Origin: Eledone cirrhosa
Lineage: Eukaryota
NCBI GenBank assembly: GCA_964016885.1
Contig: OZ024743.1
Coordinates: 228,656,001 to 228,720,000 of the forward strand
Length of the DNA stretch: 64,000 bases
Direction: 5' to 3'
Position 1 is the first letter of the stretch; each line of letters opens with the position of its first letter. Shown here in pieces: positions 40,746 to 54,500 of the stretch. A program made the translations under genes and the position numbers. The notes below the pieces were generated by a model, which saw nothing but the letters and a program-made list of their open reading frames with translations, had not been told where the DNA came from and made no database searches.

Positions 40746-41808
40746 TACATATATATATATATACATATATACATATATATATATACATATATACATATAT
40801 ATACATATACATACATATACATATACATACATATATACATATACATACATATATACATATATATACATATATATACATATATATACATATATATACATAT
40901 ACATACATATATACATATATACATACATATATACATATATATACATATACATACATATATACATATATATACATATACATACACATATACATATATATAT
41001 ATACATATACACACATATACATATATACATATACATATATACACATATATACATATACATATATACACATATACATATATACATATACATATATACACAT
41101 ATACATATATACATATACATATATACACATATACATATATACATATACATACATATATACATATATACATATACATACATATATACATATACATATATAT
41201 ACATATACATACATATATATACATATATACATATATACATATATATATATACATATATACATATATATATATACATATATACATATATATATACATATAT
41301 ATATATACATACATACATATATACATACATATATATATATATATATACATACATATATACATACATATATACATATACATACATATATACATATATATAC
41401 ATATACATACATATATACATATACATACATATATACATATACATACATATATACATATATATACATATATATACATATATATACATATACATACATATAT
41501 ACATATATATACATATACATACACATATATATATATACATATACATATATACACATATACATACACATATATATATATACATATACATATATACACATAT
41601 ACATATACATATATACATATACATATATACACATATACATACATATATACATATACATACATATATACATATACATACATATACATACATATATATATAC
41701 ATATACATATATACATATATACATATATACATATATATATATACATATATACATATATATATATACATATATATATATACATATATATATATACATATAT
41801 ATATATAC

Positions 41809-41841
<33 letters not shown>

Positions 41842-41892
41842 CATATATACATATATACATATATATATATATACATATATATATACAATATA

Positions 41893-41923
<31 letters not shown>

Positions 41924-41929
41924 CAATAT

Positions 41930-42000
<71 letters not shown>

Positions 42001-42043
42001 CATATATATTATATATACATATATATTATATATATATATATAT

Positions 42044-42088
<45 letters not shown>

Positions 42089-42392
42089 CATATATATATA
42101 TATACATATACACATATATATATATACATATATATACAGATATATATATACAGATATATATATATACATATATATATATATACATATATATATATACATA
42201 TATATATACAGATATATATATACATATATATATATACAGATATATATATATACAGATATATATATATATATACATACACATATATATATATATATACATA
42301 CACTTATATATATATATATATACATACACACATATATATATATATACATACACATATATATATACATACACATATTACTATATATATATATA
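40655..42392. repeat. 1.7-kb (TA)/(CATA) compound microsatellite
   Basis: Direct inspection; source of the YI/VC-rich ORFs. Confidence 0.98.
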
Positions 42393-42995
42393 TTTTTTTT
42401 TTTTTTCTCTAGGGCGGGTAAAATTCCCGAGATCCATGGACAAGCTCTCTCCACCGGTCTCTGTCCCTCATTATCATGCCATGTCCTGCGTCTCCAACAC
42501 ACCAGTCTCTGTTGTTAGGGCATCAACATACGTTAACCTTGGTCTTCCTCTTCCAATGTGTCTACGTAGGGGCTCCTACAGGAGCAATAAGTGCAATGTC
42601 AACTCTGGATGTCGGTGAGCATGTCCAGCTAACCTCATCATAGTGGACTATTGTATGCGCGGCATTGCACTGGAGAAACACCAGGACTCTGGCTTTACTG
42701 TAGCATCAGCTCAGAGCAGGAGAGTTAAGGCGGAAAAGATATCGGATGCTGAATTTGCCAATGACATAGTTTTGGTGACAAATACAGTGAAGGAGGCAGA
42801 GCATTTCATGCAGGAGGTTGAGACTGTGTCGATGAGTGTGGGGCTGAGAATGAATGAGACTTACACAAAATATCTGGTAGAGAATGCTGAGAAGCCAGAG
42901 GGGATCACTAATGTAGATTGGGAATACCAAAGATGATGTGGTTGAGAGGAAGAGCAAAGCCTTGGTGGGATGCCACAGCTTGAGATCGGTGTGGA

Positions 42996-42996
<1 letters not shown>
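42393..42996. mobile_element. RTE-like LINE, family C, 5'-inverted copy
   Basis: Minus 42393-42640: [10 protein letters not shown]...[11 protein letters not shown]...RDRDRWR plus poly(A). Plus 42641-42996: IVDYCMR...DAEFANDIVL...GLRMNETYTKY (RT motifs 4-6). Confidence 0.8.
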
Positions 42997-43027
<31 letters not shown>

Positions 43028-43092
43028 GCACACATATATTATTACTATATATATATATATAGATATATATTATTACTATATATATATATATA

Positions 43093-43355
43093 TGTCAAGT
43101 AAGAATATTTTCGAAACAGCGAGCGGGTTTGAAATTAGAAATATAAGCTATTGCCGTATTTTGACTAAAGAAATTAAAGAAATTATTTACCCTGATAGTG
43201 GGGTTAAGAACCCTCGGAAAAATGGGAAAATATGAGTATTGACGTCAATACTCATCTTTTTCCATTTTTCCGAGCATTCTTAACCCCACTATCAGGCTAA
43301 ATAATTTCTTTAATTTCTTTAGTCAAAATGCGGCGATAGCTTATATTTCTAATTT
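43093..43355. repeat. Palindrome with 112-bp arms and no spacer, centred on GACGTC (43241-46)
   Basis: 43132-43243 is the reverse complement of 43244-43355 with few mismatches; flanked by (TA)n. Confidence 0.9.
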
Positions 43356-43458
43356 ATATATATATATATATATAATGTATAATAAACAATACAATATAAT
43401 TACCTCATTACCAGAGGTTTCCCGAATAAGATGAATACGTCCTCATTCGTTTGTCAGA

Positions 43459-43540
43459 CAATTGTCTGACGAACGAATGAGGACGTTTCTTGTATTCGTC
43501 TTATTCGGGAAACCTCTGGTAATGAGGTAATTATATTGTA
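43459..43540 (+). ncRNA. Hammerhead ribozyme motif in a palindromic element (43373-43632)
   Basis: CTGACGA (43466-72), CGAATGAG-GACG/CGTC-TTATTCG stem II, GAAAC-CTC-tggtaat-GAG-GTA. Confidence 0.7.
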
Positions 43541-43957
43541 TTGTTTATTATACATTAAATTTAGCTCTGTAACTTACATAGAGCACTCTTCACTCCTATG
43601 ACTTTTTCAATTTTCAACGGAAACTTCAATACTTATATATATATATATATAGGAAGTGTGGTAAGGAACCAGGTGGACCATAATGCACCAGAGTACTTGA
43701 TACTTTGGGTAGTAGAGTGGATAATAGAAAAGGTTCAGGACCCCGACGGCAGAGCTCAAGCCGTTTCGACGGCTATTTCTGGACTAAATTAGATTTTTAG
43801 CGTGGTAATAAATAGCCAAATATTTCAAAGGGTAATTCCATACATGGACATGTGATAATCATACCTTTCTGAAGATTGTAGTTGTTATTATTACTATGCA
43901 AGCAGGGAAAAGCAGATGTAAAATGATATATATATATTATTACTATATATATATATA

Positions 43958-43994
<37 letters not shown>

Positions 43995-44066
43995 ACTATA
44001 AAAAAAAGGGACATCCTCAGCTTTACCCACTGTGCAAAAGTGAGCATATTATTACTATAAAAAAAA

Positions 44067-44358
44067 GGGACATTCCCAGCTTTATCCACTGTGCAAAAGT
44101 GAGCAGCTGAATTTAGAAGGGGAAGAGATATTCTTGATGATGATCCAAGGTCTAGAAGACCTGCAACAGCCACCACTGAGGAAAATATTGGTTGCGTTCA
44201 TCATATTGATGACAGGCAATTACTATAAATCAAATAACCAATGCTATTAGCCTATCCCATGCGTGAGTTGAGAATATTCTGCACAATGAACTTAGCATGA
44301 GGAAGGATTTTACTCGGTGGGTGCCACGTCTTCTGACACCTGATCAAAAGCACACCAA
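44067..44358 (+). pseudogene. Mariner transposase N-terminal fragment
   Basis: EFRRGRDILDDDPRSRRPATATTEENI...ILHNELSMRK..RWVPRLLTPDQK (WVPHEL-type motif), with stops; a roughly 59-bp tandem duplication lies at its left end (about 43988-44105). Confidence 0.85.
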
Positions 44359-44662
44359 GGAGAACAAATAGAAATGTTATGCACTTGTCTGATTTTGAAA
44401 CATATTCGTTTTCCTTTCCTCCTGAAGTACTGTCAATATTTTGGCAGTGAGGTTCTTGGCTTTGCTATACATGTGGGTGTCTTCATTCTTATGATGGTCA
44501 ATGAAAGAAAGAGGTAGTACTAAAGTTGACCATACTCTTTATAGAGTATGGTCAACTTTAGATATACACACACATATATTAACCCTTGCCACCAGGGAGA
44601 AATAGACATTAACTCATGATATCTAAATAAATATATATATATACCTACATACATACAGATAC

Positions 44663-44699
<37 letters not shown>

Positions 44700-45710
44700 T
44701 TTATTTTGTCTGACCAGTTTAGCTTGACTCGTTTTTTTGGCTTAGGTGGTTAATGGCTTCTCGACCGCCTTCTCAATTTGTATGGCCTTTATAACCTATG
44801 TTTATTGCTCTGGTCTCTTTAGCCCATGGAGTGATTGCCAGCATGACTCAGAATTTGCGTTGCATTTCCCTTTTTCTACCCACCAAAATGCGATTCTCAC
44901 TGAATTTATATATATATACACATATACATATATATAAATATACTAAATATACACGCATACATTTATATCTATATATATATATAGAGAGAGAGAGAGACAA
45001 TACAATACTGACACCATGTTTGAAATGCTTGTTTCTCTATTATTTATTTTTATTGATTCACTTTATTCCTCTCCATTCAACAAGTCATTAGTTCAAACTT
45101 ATTCAATCAGAAAGAAATGGTAATTTTCTTTCCTAATTCCCTGTTTATAAGATAATCTCTCACTCTCCCTCACTCACTCACTCTCTCTCCTCCTCACTCA
45201 CTCTTCCCTCTGCAGATAGATAGATGGATAGATAGATAGATAGATAGATAACGCTCGATCAATCTCTCTTTTTCTCTCCATTAATAAATATCTAAAGAGC
45301 TTAGAATGGAAAAATAGTATTTTTGATAGTTTTCTTGTCCTTTTATCCTTTTCTCTTTTTATCTGTTTCTCTCTGCCTTCCTATCACCCTTTGCCACAAT
45401 CATCATGTTCTCATCAACATCATTCTATTGCTCTCTCTTTCTCTTGTTTATCATTCTCTCTCTCTCACCATCATTCTTACTCCTCCCATCTCCTTTTCCT
45501 ATCTTCTTTCTTCATTTCATCTACATTTCTTTTACCTCCATTCTCTATCATCTACCACTGCTCATTGCCACCACCATCACCACATTCACCACTGCCACCA
45601 CCATCACCACATTCACCACCGCCGTGATTATTAATACAGATAATATTTTTTTAAATCAATAAAAAGATGAAAATATTTCACACACACACAAATGCAAATA
45701 CATATAAATA

Positions 45711-45764
<54 letters not shown>

Positions 45765-45863
45765 TATATGTGTGCGTGTGTTAAAAATTCCTTAAAAGAT
45801 TGGAAAATACCTATTAAAAAATATTAAAAAGATATGGCTAAATCTACGAATCTCTCTAGCTGT

Positions 45864-45946
<83 letters not shown>

Positions 45947-46495
45947 GTTAAATCTGTTGAAAACAATACTGAAATAGCAATAATGAACAAAAAAAATACA
46001 GAATTGAAAAGAAACTTAATAAGAAGGAAATAACTATAGTTAAAAGAAGAATATATGTCAAAAATAAGGCAGTCTTGTGAAAGAAATGAAGAAAAAAGAA
46101 AAAGTAAGAACGAAAGACTAGCACCATATCTTTGTTGTCTTAGATATCTTTAGATGTATGTATCTTCCTCCAAATGTAATCTTGGGAATTCAGACATCTG
46201 GAGCACTAACATCCTTCTCAGAACATCCTCAGGTACTTTGAAGTATTTCAGCTCTTATGCCAACCATCCCTATGACTCCTCCACTGCCAACACTAGCAGC
46301 ATCACCCTCACCAACACCACCATTCCTCAAACACCTTACTGTTCAAACAGGTACAAAGAAACTATACTTATGGCTAAATTAAATAATTTTCTTCATCTGC
46401 CTCAACTCTACTTTCTCTTTTCTATCGTTACATCCCTATACAAAAGTCTCTTTGGAAAAATTTCTCACCAAGTAGATCAATAGCTAGATAGGTGA

Positions 46496-46537
<42 letters not shown>

Positions 46538-49500
46538 GGGAGGAATAGAGTGTGAAGAAAGAGAGAGATGAATAGGAAGGGGAATAGAGAGAGTTAGGAG
46601 GATATGAGTTAAATAGACATAGATAGACAGACAGGTATATCGAGAGAAATATAGAATTAAAAAAAAGGTACGTTTCTGTTTATGTCTTTATCGAGTCTTC
46701 AATGTACTCATTCATCTAACTTCAATAATTTGCCTTCAGCTGTCCAACAAGTGGTTAAAGCTTCAGCAAAGGCCAATAATGCCTTTTGCTAAAGAAAAAT
46801 GGTTTGCTTTTCTGAAACAGCATTTTTTATGCATAATAACTCTCACATTTCATTCTAATATCTGAATAAAAAGATGAGTCATAACCACCTACCATATTCA
46901 AGAATGTCTTCCATTTTGCATAACAGTTAAGTATTTATTATTTGGTCCCCATCACAAACGTAATTGCTTTTTTTGTTTTTAGTTTCGTTTCAGAATGAAT
47001 GAAGTCCACATTAGCATCAACAAAGATTTTTCAAATTGTTTGTTTCAGATGAAATGCAATAAAATACCATTTGTTTTGTCTTTGTCTTATTTATTGTGAA
47101 ATTGTTATTTCTTTTTTTTTTTTCATAAATATTTATCAAATATCATGCAAAAAGATAATTTAGTGAGGGTTTTAATTTATTTTTATGTTATTTATTTTCG
47201 TTATGTGGGGTCTTTTCTTTTTTTATTTTTGCCACTTTTTTTTTGTGGAAGCAATATAGAGATAAGAAGAGAAAATTGTTAATAGTTTGGAACAGAAAAG
47301 AAACACAAAAGCTATATATAACAGTCTACAACTGGGAAGAGAAATAATACATAAGGTATATATAATATTGTCATTTTTGTCATCAGCTGCTGGTAATATT
47401 TCATCATGATTGTAAACTATTAACAATTTCTCTTATCTACTGCCTCAATAGAATAGAGAGCAACGAAAACAGATGAGGAGGAGGGAATGTTATTTAATAA
47501 ACATTTACGAACAACATAAGCAAAAAAATGCTACATATAAATTATATTGTGCATTTGTGTGTTGTACACACATACTCATACACATACATGCATAAATAAA
47601 AGCACTTGCATACACACAGACTTTGCAATAAAAATAATGTTCTTTAAAGATAACGTTTATATATTTTTTTTTAAATTGGCAAATTTCCTTTACAAATGGC
47701 ATTTGGAATTACATATATTCATTCCTAATCACCTCTCTTTCTCTTTCTCTCCACACACAGTTCAATGTGTGCTCAAAAGTATGTACAGTAATGTTCATTT
47801 ATCAGCAAAGAGTTTCCAAACATTGTTACAAAATTGTTCAACCTCTGCCGGAGTTGATGGAGAAAATAGAAAACTGGACGATATGCATTAACTATTTTTA
47901 GTTCAGCACTTGTGAAGGCAATATCACTTAGTGGTTATACTGTTTTCCATATAATCAAATGTGTATTGTATCCTTGAGCAAGACACTTTATTTCATGTTG
48001 CTCTAAACCCCTCAGCTGGTATCTCCCTGAGAATGATTGCTTTAACTGTACATATGTCTGTGGAATGCTCATTAATTTCATGAGCAGGCTAATCTGTGGA
48101 TTAAACAACTAAATCATTAATTGGAACCAATAGAAGAGTAGCAACAGCAACAGCTCAGTACTGCATGATTCCAAGCTAGACATGGAAGGAAAAACAAAAA
48201 TAAATAAGTTAGATACCAGTCATGTGATGATTCCTGCAGTTTCCATCTATCAAACTTCACCCCAAAGCATTGGTTAAACCAAAACTATAGTAGAAGACAC
48301 TTGCCAAGAATTTGGAAGAATTTGGTAAATAGAAACTGCAGAAGTCCATCATATATATATATATTTATATATGTCCATGTATATTGCTACATTTCTGCTT
48401 GTGTTTGTATTTATATCCCATAAGGTAGCAGTCTGACAAATCAGAAATCAATAACATAAGTATTTGCTTTGTTAGGGTTGACTAAAGTTCTACTATGGTT
48501 TCAGTCATTAGTGTGAAACCAGTAATGAATCAACAGCATGGTGACAGACGAAAGCAATTACATGCTTCTCTCAGTTAAAATGCTTACCACTAATACCAAT
48601 TCTAGATGACAAGGTGTGATCTTAGATATGGAATGGACTTCTATTGGTTTCAGCGATAATTATTCTAGTTGTTCTATTCAGAGTACAGCTTGCTCATGAA
48701 AATAACATGGAAGATGCTATGCATTCCATGCGCATGTGTACCCATATCATAAACTTTGGGGTGATACACTGAGTGACAAGGCTAGTCCTTGAATTTACAA
48801 ATACAGTTGGTGTCACAACAAAAGCACCCAGCTAACACTGTAAATGTGGTTAGCATTAGGAAGAGCATCCAGCCATAGAAACATAGCCAGAAACAGATCT
48901 ATATGAGTAAGACACAGTCACCTGACCCAACTTGCCTCAAATGGGACAACACGTCTAACCCATGCTAACCTGAAAAATGAACATTAAACGATGATGATGA
49001 GTTCATCAAATAAGCTTCTAAACAGTTTCCCTTTACTCAAATTCACTCTCAAGGCTTGGGCTGACTTGCAGTTATGGTATATGACACTTATACAAGGTGC
49101 TACTCAATGATATCAGACCTTGGATGTTATTGTGAAGTGAATATCTAAACGTCTTGGCTTTGCTACACCCACATTATTAAATTGTAGTCAGTCACGTAAA
49201 GAAACAGCTACAAACTATGGTTATGGCAGTTCTTTCTTTGTCTATATCTCTTTTACTTCTTTTAAATAGTACAGCTCACACTAACATGTATTTTTATCGC
49301 TAATGATATATATATATATCATTCATTCAAAATCGATTCATTATTAAACAGATTAATGCCATCCATCATATTCTATTTATTATTAAGATTTATTAATTAC
49401 AAAATGATTTAATACCAGAGTTGTTGTTTTTTTATAAAAAAAGAATTTTAAGATTTATAATCATGATTCAATAAAGAGAACAAAAAAATTAGCAAACAAG

Positions 49501-51009
49501 AAGATAACATTTTTGTCAATTATAATTACACCACTCAGAAATTTGCCAGGCTAAAGAACTGTATATTTTAACTAAACATACATATGATGCTACAAATTTC
49601 AAGATCTATTTCATACTGTTTCAGTTTTGTTTATTTCCATTGGTGATGCCTAATTCCAGTGCTCTTGTACCAGAACCATGAATTACAAACAATGATTTCA
49701 CCCTTACTTTTCTGTAATGAATTAATAGAAAATATCTAAAAAAAAAAGAGAGTTTTTTTTCAAATCAAATGTTTATAGTATCATTTCTACTTGGACAAAT
49801 CTGAATGAAAATTTGCTGTATTAGAGTAAAGACTTTCAAATTTAGTATGTTGCTTTTTTACTTTTCAAGAATATCCCGTTAATGCAAATTAATTTGGTAC
49901 AGGACATGTTATTAAAGTTAACACAGTTTATTTGATAAAAATATTGAAACTGTAATTAACTATATAAATCATGTTAACCCATTCTTGGCTGTATCATTAA
50001 TGAAACACACTATTTCAATTATTTAATGGAGAATTTTGAAGAATTTATTTTAAATATTAATTATTTCATTACTAAGATGATATCATACCTTGGATGTTAT
50101 TGTGAAGTGAATATCTAAACGTCTTGGCTTTGCTACACCCACATTATTAAATTGTAGTCAGTCAAGTAAAGAAACAGCTACAAACTATGGTTATGGCATA
50201 TGGTTTTTATAGAAAATTTTTATTCAAATAAGAACACTTTAAAGTAGGTGGGTTTATGTCACAGAACCAAGGCCTGTTTTGGATGGATTAATATCAAAAG
50301 GGATTGGTCAGTTTTGTCTAGTTTTGTTATAGGTGGTGCATGATTCCAAAAGACAAATAATGGCCCTTGGTATTCCTTATGATCTCAAAGTATTTCAGTC
50401 ATTATAGTTGGCCATTGACTAAACCAGCACCTAGACGTTTAGCACCCTAGGCTAACTCTACAATGTCTACCTCCTTCTCTCAGTTATATACCCCAAGTCT
50501 CCCAAATAAAATAATTTCAACTTACAGTTTAGTAAGCTGACAAATCTAGTTTTTTACACTTCTTTCTCTGACCACAATAAGAACATTTCTAAGCCTGCAC
50601 TCACTCCTGTCAAAATCATGTTACAGGTCATAACACCATAAGACCTTCTCCACTGCTTTGGATATTTCCTAACATTGATATGTGGTTTAATGATTTATTT
50701 ATTGATTACAGGGTACCATTATATATTTAATTTCATTATACAAATGATAAAACTTTGATTCTTTAAGGTTCAGTAATGCACCTGTCAAAGGTCTATGTGC
50801 TAGGCAGCTGCCTAGTTGGCCTTGATAGCATGATCCATGGACATTGGTCGTGTTAACATTCAGAAGTAACAAAATTTAAATGGAAAAATTAGTGCAAAAT
50901 GGCAAATTGGATTGATACACTATTATAATTAATTGTAGTTATGGAAATCTAAGATAGCATTGGCCTCATTGATTGCATGGTTGCATTTGAATAAAAGGAC
51001 AAATCTACA

Positions 51010-51330
51010 AATACAGCAGCACTAATACCACTGTAAACAACAACAGCAACAACAATATCAGTGTTAACAGCAACACCACTGTAAACACAACAATACCATT
51101 GTTAACAACAGCAACAACAACAATACCACTTTAACAACATCAATACCACTGTTGACAACAACACTACCACTTAGCAACAACAACAACAATACCACTATTG
51201 ACAACAACAACTACCATTAACCAAAACAACAACCATAACACAATAACTACAACAACAAAAATACCAATAACAACAACAATTGCAATAACAACACCAAAAA
51301 CGCCAGTAAAGCAACAACAACAATGGCAAT
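51010..51330. repeat. (CAA)n-rich low-complexity tract
   Basis: Direct inspection. Confidence 0.9.
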
Positions 51331-53584
51331 ACCAAATATTGGCTCTAATGAGAGAACTGCAATAATTGGAAGGAAAATTGAAAGTAGATTAGTTGAGAGA
51401 TTACCCGACCCAAAGGTTAGAGAATAGAGAGGATTGGAATAAGTTTAATTAATTACACTACTGCAGACAGAGACTGTGATGAAGTTGCACAAGTTGGTAG
51501 TCATCTACTGTATTTAATTAGCAACATCGCTGCAGCATTACTGAGCAAAGTATATAATTACATCAAACCATTTGTTTGTACATGATGAACTTCATGGAAA
51601 TCAGTTGAAAATAAAAAAAATAAGGCAAACTACTTTTATTGTAGCAGTGAGTTATGAAGAAGAATTTTAGTTCTATAATTTTCAATGAAACAAAAATAAA
51701 ATTAAAAGAAATAAAATGGAAATCGTTAAATAGAAATAATAAAAAATAAATAAACAAAACCGATTATCTTCTTGTTGCATGTATAGAATACATAAACTCA
51801 GGTTCTGTAATAATATTTTTACAGGTTGCCCTAAACAACATGATACAGCTATGAAAATATTGGTTTCTTACATATGCATGAAACTTGCATTACAGTGGTG
51901 GTGTTGGTAGTTTATTTTTAGAGGAAAGTAAATGTGAAATGTGTGTCTTTATTAAATGTATTAGAGATCTAATGGAAGTGGTTCCAGTTCAGAAACCAAA
52001 TCCCAAATTCAGTTTCTAAAGAACCATGTCTATTGCTTATGTAAATATTATTACGAGGTTTTAAATCTATGGTGTAGCAACAGCAGCAGCAAGCATTTAA
52101 ACTATTTTGATACTAAACTGTTTGAAAGCACTTTTGATTTTATGATACAAACCTCAAGGATACAATGCGCCACCAGTATGGAAAACTGGACATAAAATTG
52201 TGATGTTGATGAATTTAGAAATGAATTATGTATAACAGCCAGGGATTTAATACAGAAGCCAATAAAGAAATGAAAACGTTCTCAATATGAATGTCTAAGT
52301 ACTAAAACAAGACTAAAATGCTTGTAATTCATTAGCTACCAAAACCATACAACAATCTTGTTTTTTTTTGTTTATGTTTTTTTCCTTTCCTCCATAAAAA
52401 TGAACCCTGATCATCTTGCAGCAAACACATCAAATAAGTCTGAATAGCAAATATTTTCTTAGATTCCACCATAGAGATTTATTAACCCTTTTGATGCCAA
52501 ACCACTTGAAATCACTTACAGTTCTATGATACAAAATTGTTTATTTTGAAATGTTTATATTTATCTAAAAACTTTCCCTCGTAATTTTATGTAAAAACCT
52601 TTGTTAAGTTATGTTCTGAAAACCAGCTTAATAATAAGAAAATTCTATTACTAAATCCTTTTTAAATTCTTGATTATTTTCAAATTTGTTTGAAACACAT
52701 TGGTAATGAAAGGTTTTACACTGATCATGGAGTTATTTGTGAGCAATGAGTGGAGAACTACATTTCAGCATGTGAAATAAGGGGAAACTGAATTAGTTTA
52801 GAGTAACATTCAACTTATTACAGGATGTCTAAAGTGAAACAAGACATTCTTGAATAGTACGAAACAGCACTATAACTCCATCAGATAAAGAATGCAAGTC
52901 TTTACTCTTATACTGGAAATGTTCACAACCATCTCTCCACTAGTAAATAATCTATATACATGGTCCAACCCTTACTAACAGGGAAAACGGACATTAAATG
53001 ATGATGATGATTTGAATTAACAAACCTATTTTTAGATATTTTCTGCTAAATCATTACAGGATGTAAAGAGTTAATGTATTCTGTTACTTCAGTAACATTA
53101 TTTAATGCCACTCATCAGAGACAACAAATCCATTAGTGTTATATATGTGTGTACATGCATGTAGATGAATGATGTATGAGTGTAGCATATCAAACTACTT
53201 TGATTATGCTAATGACCCTCCACCAGAGTAGCTACACTCCACTAGTTTTACAATACTTAAGTTTCAGTTGCAAAATGAGTGCCAAATACAATTAAGTCAA
53301 CTTGGCTGTCTGCCTACAATTTTGGCTCTGAATTTAAATCATTTATATTTTTACATTAATTTTCTAATGAAGAAATAGAATAGACAGATCTGTTAAAATT
53401 GAAATAAAGAGAAAAAAAATCTCTCTGCACATTGTTTTCTCGGTTTTAATTATTGTTAGTCCTGCCACATTAACAAGGTCTGGATAGTTTGAATTTGATT
53501 GTGCTTTATCATATTTTTTCACTATTTAGTTGGGAATAGGAGAAGGTATTTTCAGAATGGAGGCCTGGTCTGCATACTTGCAAT

Positions 53585-53885
53585 ACAGTGAACTCTGTTA
53601 AAGCCACATAAGAACCAGGTGATGGTGTTAAACAGTTTTCAATAGAGCCTACACTGCTAACGGCACTCAAGGATTAGATGGTGTTACACAGAGTTCAATT
53701 AAGTCTACTCTGCTACAGTCACCCAAGGACCAGGTGGGGATGTTAAACAGAGTTCAGTAAGGTACACAAAGCTAATGGCAACCAAGGACAAGGGGGTGAG
53801 GTTAAACAGGGTTCACTTAGGTTTACCCTATTAAGGGCACCCAACAATCAGGTAGTGGTGTTAAATAGGTTTTGGGTAGGTCTAC
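53585..53885. repeat. About 59-bp minisatellite, about 5 units
   Basis: caaggaccaggtg..gtgttaaacagagttca periodicity. Confidence 0.8.
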
Positions 53886-54224
53886 CATCAAAACAGGCAA
53901 CTATAGAACTTGAACTCAGAATGCACAGAGCTAGAATAAATTGTAAAAGTTATCTTATCCAATGCTCTAATTCTGCCAACCCATACCACTGGAATGGTAT
54001 TTATTTTATTGACCCCAAAATTATCAAAGGCAAAGCAGACTTTAATTGGATTGAACTCAGGGCACAAGTTGCAGTGCTGTTAATTCTACACAGTTTTTTC
54101 TCCTGTTAGGGAGAAACATTTGCCAGCTATAATAAAAAGAATATAAGGTTTTTAATCCTTTCATTACCAGCTTTCTAATGAAAGACACTGCCTATAAGTT
54201 TCACATCATTTTCAAAATAATAAC

Positions 54225-54500
54225 CACTCACAGAATTACTGGGTGCATTTTATCCAGCCACCAACTCTACTACTTTATAGAGTGCAGTGGGTGCATTTTA
54301 TCATGGCACCAATATTGCCACTTTACAGAGTGCAATGGGTGCATTTTATTATGGCACAAGCACAACTACATTATAAACAATATAAACATAATGGGCTGGC
54401 TGCATTTTATTGTGGTACCAGTACCACCACTTTACATAGTGGGCTGAGTGCATTTGAGAGTGGCACGAGCACTACCCCCTACAAAGTGCACTGGGTGCAT
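54225..54500. repeat. About 48-bp minisatellite; same family at about 9830-10140
   Basis: gggtgcatttta at 54241, 54289 and 54337; cactttacagag..ggatgcatttt.catggc units at 9.8-10.1 kb. Confidence 0.75.

Noticed and set aside
40504-42618. Long ORFs (440-690 aa) rich in Y/I/V/C/M/H/T; similar ORFs at 10.4-11.1, 25.9-26.9, 29.5 and 35.4-36.0 kb
   Set aside because: Translations of (TA)/(CA) microsatellites and minisatellites, open in several frames on both strands
53585-54500. Periodic repeats as a CRISPR-like array
   Set aside because: Whole units are degenerate tandem copies with no unique spacers; eukaryotic context and no cas genes
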